Assembly (NCBI GenBank): GCA_964016885.1
Contig: OZ024742.1
Location: 235,662,001-235,726,000 of the forward strand
Source of the DNA: Eledone cirrhosa
Lineage: Eukaryota
Direction of reading: 5' to 3'
Length of the DNA: 64,000 bases
This document shows, in pieces, positions 57,810 to 64,000 of the stretch. The notes beneath the pieces were generated by a model. The model had not been told where the DNA came from. It made no database searches and saw only the letters and a program-made list of their open reading frames with translations. The stretch's first letter is position 1. Each line of letters opens with the position of its first letter. The position numbers and the translations under genes are program-made.

Positions 57810-59603
57810 ACAGAGGTTTACTATTTGCTTATGTCCGGTAACTTAGCGGTTCGACAAAATGAGGTCGATAGTTAAGTATTGGAGTCAATATGATAGGCTA
57901 AATCTCTTCAATGCGATGCTCCAGTATGGTCGCAGTCTAATGAATAAAAACACTAAAAACAATAAAAGAATATCTACATTGAATGTATCATAGTTTTTCA
58001 AATATACGCTGTTTTGGCCATAAATATCTATTAAGAGTTTAAAGGATTTCTTGGAACGAATGAGCTATTTTTTATAAACTAGGTTTCAATTTTTTGTTAT
58101 TTTTCTGTGTGTGTGTGTCATGGAATGTATTCTTCGTGGCTGGTCTAAATCTATCTGGAACTACACAACAAGATGTCTTGTTCTTCTGTCATTGTTAATT
58201 ACATATGTTGATGGAACCAGAAGCACGAATTATACATAGCTGGTTATATTTCTTCACCTTACCAACCAACCAACCAACTAACGTTTTTTTTCTTCTTCTA
58301 ATTTTATATCGAGTACACAGAGGCAAAATATCAGAACTTGTATTTACTGTCCGATAGGACATCTTGTAAACATGTCACACAAAACCCCCTCAGAAAAGGC
58401 AACGTGGCAAGACAGACAATTCGACAGCGGTGTCAGCTGTGAAAAGTATCAACCAACTATGAAGTCAACAAACTCTAATATAAAATTGTTCCCCTTCTCT
58501 CCCCTCTAATTCCTCGTCGTTTTCGTCCAGAAAGACGGGGGAAAATATAAAATATAAATACAGATGGAGAGAAAGAGAAAAAAGTAATTTTAAACCAATG
58601 TCTGTCAGGTTTAATAGTTAGGTGTCAGTAGAACTTCATTAATATGGCGTGGAAATCAGTTTGGAACTAATTAAAAGACAAAGGGCTGAAACTATTTTCG
58701 AATATTTACTAAAAAAAAAAAGATATGTATATAAACATTCACGCACATATACACACATACATATACATACATGTGTATATATACAAACGTATATATATAC
58801 ATACATACGTAGATAAACACACGTGGCCTCACATATACGGCCATGCTGATATAAACAGACAAACCAAGAGGATAGGAGTGATATAGAGAAACAGACAGTT
58901 GGATTGATACATGAGCAGTGAAGTCTAACTTCAAACAACAAACAGAATAATATATATCACTGGTTTGGTGAGGAGGGTAAGTGGAAACCCAGCAGCACAA
59001 AAGCAAGAGCTGGCAAAGGGCGGATGAACTCGACAGTGTCAACGGCCATCCACCTCAACTATGGGTTAAATAGCCTTACTAACTCGATATTGGCTAAGCG
59101 TGGTGAGTAAGGCTACACACCCGGACAATAACACATGTGATCCTCGTAACTATCCCGTTATTTTGCTTTGGCTTGTCTCTGGGCATATAACTGCGAGGAT
59201 GAGGTGGGTGCTATGTATGTGTAGCACTAGTACGTAACATTGCCATATTTATGTGCAGATGTCTCTTCCCAAGTTCCACAGCAGTGGATGAGTGGCAACT
59301 TGTACAGACTCCACCTGTTAGAAGCACATAGTCACATATCTACACGTGGGCGACTCGGGTCTTATCCTAACGTCGCTGCACTGTTAACCTGAACAGCAAC
59401 ATGCTTCAGCAGAGTCTTGAGTGTCAGAGCAGCCCTTTTTGGGGACACATTGCTCACCAATACCACATCGGAAGGTCCTAGAAAAAGGGACCTAAACAAA
59501 GCCTGTTCAGTCATCCAACTGGGCAGCAGCCTGCAGTTGTCGGTGGTTTATAATAGGGAATTCGTTGAAGAGATGGCTATCTTCTGTCAAGAAGTGGCAG
59601 TTA

Positions 59604-59651
<48 letters not shown>

Positions 59652-59696
59652 ATTAAATATTAAATAAATGGAAAACTATATTTATAAAACCATATT

Positions 59697-59762
59697 TATT
59701 TCATTATATATATTTCGGGGATATCATATTAACAATATGCTATGCCTTCATCAGACAAAATA
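59697..59762 (-). ncRNA. Hammerhead ribozyme candidate at the PLE 3' terminus
   Basis: Minus strand: TATTTTGT-CTGATGA-A-GG-catagcatatt-gtt-aatatgatatcc-CC-GAAA-TATATAT-A-ATGAAATA; 8-bp stem I with 2 GU pairs; palindromic ATATATAT. Confidence 0.72.
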
Positions 59763-61241
59763 CAATATAAACAGTTTTATAGATAAATAGATTCGACATA
59801 CCGTAATAAACACCGACTTCATTTGAAGAGGTTTACGCTAGCAGTGAAAATTTTATACAGAGAGAAAGAGAGAAAAAAGAAAGAAAGACAAAACGAAGAA
59901 AAGGAAGAAACAGAAGAAAAAGAAAAAGAAAAAGAAAAAGAAAAAGAAAAAGAAAAAGAAAAAGAAAAAGAAGAAATGCATGGAACAAAATAGAGAGATG
60001 GAAAAATAGATAAAGCGAAGAGCTTCATGTAAAGAGACAGAAAGAGATATATATATATAGAGAGAGAGGAAATAGATATATATATATATATATATAGAAA
60101 ATTAGGTAGTGGGAGGTCATTTTGAGTAAGTGTATCAATGATACATTTATTTATTTATTTATTTAGCTCAAGTATTAATGTAAGGGAGAGAAAAAAATAT
60201 AGAGAGAGGAAAAAATAGCGAGAGAAAAAATTTTAAAATAGCCAGACATATTCGAGGCGTAGAAAACCCTATGTTTTAATGTATTAGTATTTATAAAACT
60301 TACACTATATTGTAAATATCAGTATTCCTGAATGAAACAAGTATCCATAATGTGTGAAAATTAATTATCTTATGTTTAGTTTTAAAAATTCATATGTTTA
60401 TGTGACAGCTACAAACATCCATGTGAATCCAACTGATTCACTCTGCAAACTCTAGGTTACCGGAAAACATTCTCAATGTGGTATAAAAATTTGAGCGTAT
60501 TATTATTCCTGTCATTACTCTACAAGATTATCTATCAAGCAGAAATAGAGAGCAGATTTCAATATACTAATAAAAATATATATTATATTATAAACAAAAC
60601 TAAAAATAAAAAGATAACAATAATAATAATAAGTAAAAATATAGAATAGAAAACTAAAAAAATATTACGAAAGAATATTACATAATAAAAATATTACATA
60701 TTAAAAATACTACGTATTAAAAAATATTACGTATTAAAAATTTACATATTAAAGATATTAAAAATAAAAATAAAATAAAAAATAAAAAATACTACAATAC
60801 TAAAAAATAAAAATAAAAATAAAAATAAAAATAAAAATAAAAATAAAAATAAAAATAAAAATAAAAATAAACCACAAAGAACAACCCTTCAAAATTAATT
60901 GACAATATATTGCCAAGTTCATTACAAGACAAAGCCAAAAATTATCTATCAAATCACATCTAGCAAAGAACATTTCAAAAAGATTATGATGTCCAATTAG
61001 GTCTACATATGTTCTTATATTTAATATAGAAGTTTATCTAGTGTAAGGTTAATTCAAAAAATTTGGAGCATCGGCTTTTAGGGTAGCTTAATTTTTCATG
61101 AGGAATGTTTAGATAAAAATAAAATAAAAATAAAAATAAAAATAAACAAAAAAAAAAAGAGTAAAAAGAGGGAATCAAAGATTTAGGAATCAAAAAATTT
61201 ATCGGCTAGTTCTCATATAAATATAAATCAAACTAAATATA

Positions 61242-61903
61242 CTACATTTTAAATTTAAACTTATATTTAAACGTTGAGTTTAATCTATGTTTGCAACAAC
61301 TGAATAAATTTGTCCGTAGGTTAAGGGAATTTTTAGATTTTAGTATAAAGAATATCTCCTCTGCGCAGAGGTCACTTGTCTCAGAGGATGAATTAAAAGG
61401 AATCCCTCTTGAGACTATATTCCAAGCCGTCGAATATCTAACGTTATCTAGCTTAAGTTGCCAGAGTACGCCTGATAGTGCCGTTGAAGATTTTTTACTT
61501 GGATCTGTGAAAGAATTCTTGTGGTTATTATAGCGAAGTTTAAATTCCGTCGATGTGGAACCGACGTAGTTAAAAGAATTAGAGTCAGTATTAACATTAC
61601 AATTGTATACTATATTTTTAACTAAGCAGTTGTTATTTAACGGACATTTAGATCTATCTCTACAGTTACATTTGTTAACTTGTATATTATTTATGCTATT
61701 ATCAGTAGGTTTTAAGTTCCTATTATTTATTCTATTAATATTTTGTGCTAAATTTTTGGTGGATGAGTAGGTTAATTTAATTGTATGCCTATTGAAGATT
61801 GAGTGATACCTATGTGTTCTAGGGAAGCGATTATCAAGAGCTTTGAAAAATAATTTAGCGATGTGGGTTTTAATGTTTAGTGAGAAAGGGGGGGGGGGGC
61901 AAA
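61242..61903 (-). pseudogene. Inverted duplicate of the PLE linker + GIY-YIG coding region
   Basis: Same peptide as the C-terminal ~215 aa of the + ORF except SETSDLC vs SETCDLC. Confidence 0.92.
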
Positions 61904-63381
61904 TTAAATATAACAATAATAATAGGTTTATTCAACTTGATATAGCTAACTATTATTCTTCTATTACCCCTAGTCTACTAAATAAGGCACTAAATTACGC
62001 ATTCAAACATACTGACCTAACTAGCAAAGAAATGCATATTATATTATCGGCTAGGAAAACTTTGATAGAATTTAATGACAAATTATGGACCAGAGCAGAT
62101 AGAGATAGCAATTTTGACATAACTATGGGATCTTCCGACTCAGCTCAGGTAACTGACCTTGTGGGCTTATTTTTAATCAATTCGCTACATAGGAAAATAC
62201 CTGGTACTACCGGAGGTTTATGTAGGGATGACATGCTTTTACTTATTAATAATAATAACCCTGAACTAAATAGAAAATGTAAACAAATTACAAAATTTTT
62301 TAATTACTTTAACCTTAAAATAGAAATTGAGAACAACCATAGAATAGTCAATTTCCTAGATATAACATTAAATCTCAACACATGTCTCCACTATCCTTTT
62401 CACAAGTTGAATGAAAACTTAAACTATGTCAACTTTAACTCTAACCACCCCAGATCTGTCAAAAACACTATAGTAAACTCAGTCCAAAAACGTATCTCTA
62501 GGATCTCGTCGAATAGAAAGATTTTTGACGAAAAGGCCCAGTACTATAATGATGCACTAGCTAGGGCAGGATATGCTGATAAGATTGTGTACATAGATAA
62601 TGATAGACAAACTAAACAAAATAACAACTTTTTTAATTACGGCAACAACATTAACAACTATAATAGAAAGCATTACAATAATTCCAAAGGACAAAAAAGA
62701 AATAGAACTAGGAACATAATTTGGTTTGCCCCCCCTTTCTCACTAAACATTAAAACCCACATCGCTAAATTATTTTTCAAAGCTCTTGATAATCGCTTCC
62801 CTAGAACACATAGGTATCACTCAATCTTCAATAGGCATACAATTAAATTAACCTACTCATCCACCAAAAATTTAGCACAAAATATTAATAGAATAAATAA
62901 TAGGAACTTAAAACCTACTGATAATAGCATAAATAATATACAAGTTAACAAATGTAACTGTAGAGATAGATCTAAATGTCCGTTAAATAACAACTGCTTA
63001 GTTAAAAATATAGTATACAATTGTAATGTTAATACTGACTCTAATTCTTTTAACTACGTCGGTTCCACATCGACGGAATTTAAACTTCGCTATAATAACC
63101 ACAAGAATTCTTTCACAGATCCAAGTAAAAAATCTTCAACGGCACTATCAGGCGTACTCTGGCAACTTAAGCTAGATAACGTTAGATATTCGACGGCTTG
63201 GAATATAGTCTCAAGAGGGATTCCTTTTAATTCATCCTCTGAGACATGTGACCTCTGCGCAGAGGAGATATTCTTTATACTAAAATCTAAAAATTCCCTT
63301 AACCTACGGACAAATTTATTCAGTTGTTGCAAACATAGATTAAACTCAACGTTTAAATATAAGTTTAAATTTAAAATGTAG
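61904..63381 (+). CDS. PLE polyprotein, 5'-truncated: RT + thumb + Cys-rich linker + GIY-YIG endonuclease (open frame 61843-63381; first ~20 codons come from the inverted arm)
   Basis: FIQLDIANYYSSI (motif A), MGSSDS (B'), GLCRDDML (C), VNFLDITL, SNHP, IIWFAPPF, CNCR..CPL...C, NIVY...YVGST..FK.RY.NH, CDLC..E, CCKH; no internal stops. Confidence 0.9.
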
Positions 63382-64000
63382 TATATTTAGTTTGATTTAT
63401 ATTTATATGAGAACTAGCCGATAAATTTTTTGATTCCCTCTTTTTACTCTTTTTTTTTATTGTTTATTTTTATTTTTATTTTTATTTTATTTTTATCTAA
63501 ACATTCCTCATGAAAAATTAAGCTACCCTAAAAGCCGATGCTCCAAATTTTTTGAATTAACCTTACACTAGATAAACTTCTATATTAAATATAAGAACAT
63601 ATGTAGACCTAATTGGACATCATAATCTTTTTGAAATGTTCTTTGCTAGATGTGATTTGATAGATAATTTTTGGCTTTGTCTTGTAATGAACTTGGCAAT
63701 ATATTGTCAATTAATTTTGAAGGGTTGTTCTTTGTGGTTTATTTTTATTTTTATTTTTATTTTTATTTTTATTTTTATTTTTATTTTTATTTTTATTTTT
63801 ATTTTTTAGTATTGTAGTATTTTTTATTTTTTATTTTATTTTTATTTTTAATATCTTTAATATGTAAATTTTTAATACGTAATATTTTTTAATACGTAGT
63901 ATTTTTAATATGTAATATTTTTATTATGTAATATTCTTTCGTAATCTTTTTTTAGTTTTCTATTCTATATTTTTACTTATTATTATTATTGTTATCTTTT

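Larger units (their letters stand above)
59648..64000. mobile_element. Young Penelope-like element insertion with a long inverted 3' copy, in (TA)n; continues beyond the window
   Basis: 60609-61903 is the reverse complement of 62725-64000 with only a few differences; 821-bp unique spacer; left arm continues to (TA)n at 59607-59647. Confidence 0.93.

Noticed and set aside
61843-61903. N-terminus MKNNLAMWVLMFSEKGGGG of the 512-aa ORF as a real start
   Set aside because: It is antisense sequence of the inverted arm that happens to be in frame; the RT lacks its N-terminal region.

Overview
Eukaryotic, repeat-dominated window with no recognisable host gene. The microsatellite load ((TA)n, (CA)n, (TATG)n, (GA)n) and the tRNA-SINE families suggest an octopus-like cephalopod genome (inference). 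Nearly all ORFs in the supplied track are microsatellite artefacts. Positions 1-12.8 kb are a 32/31-bp satellite with a 2.3-3.1 kb higher-order structure. The rest is a mosaic of transposable elements: an R4/Dong-like RLE non-LTR remnant; Tx1/L1, RTE, CR1-like and CRE-like LINE fragments; two mariner remnants and MITEs; two non-autonomous Helitron-type elements; about a dozen SINE copies; one structurally complete 2.1-kb non-coding LTR element (367-bp LTRs, tRNA-Trp-like PBS, PPT, TACT TSD); and three Penelope-like elements (PLEs). One PLE is very young, with an open RT+GIY-YIG frame inside a >1.2-kb near-perfect inverted repeat. The most interesting signal is about a dozen minimal hammerhead-ribozyme-like motifs from several families, most with palindromic (dimer-type) stem III. 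They sit in PLE termini and in small (TA)n-embedded fold-back elements that look like miniatures of the large inverted PLE. All alignments and folds were done by eye.
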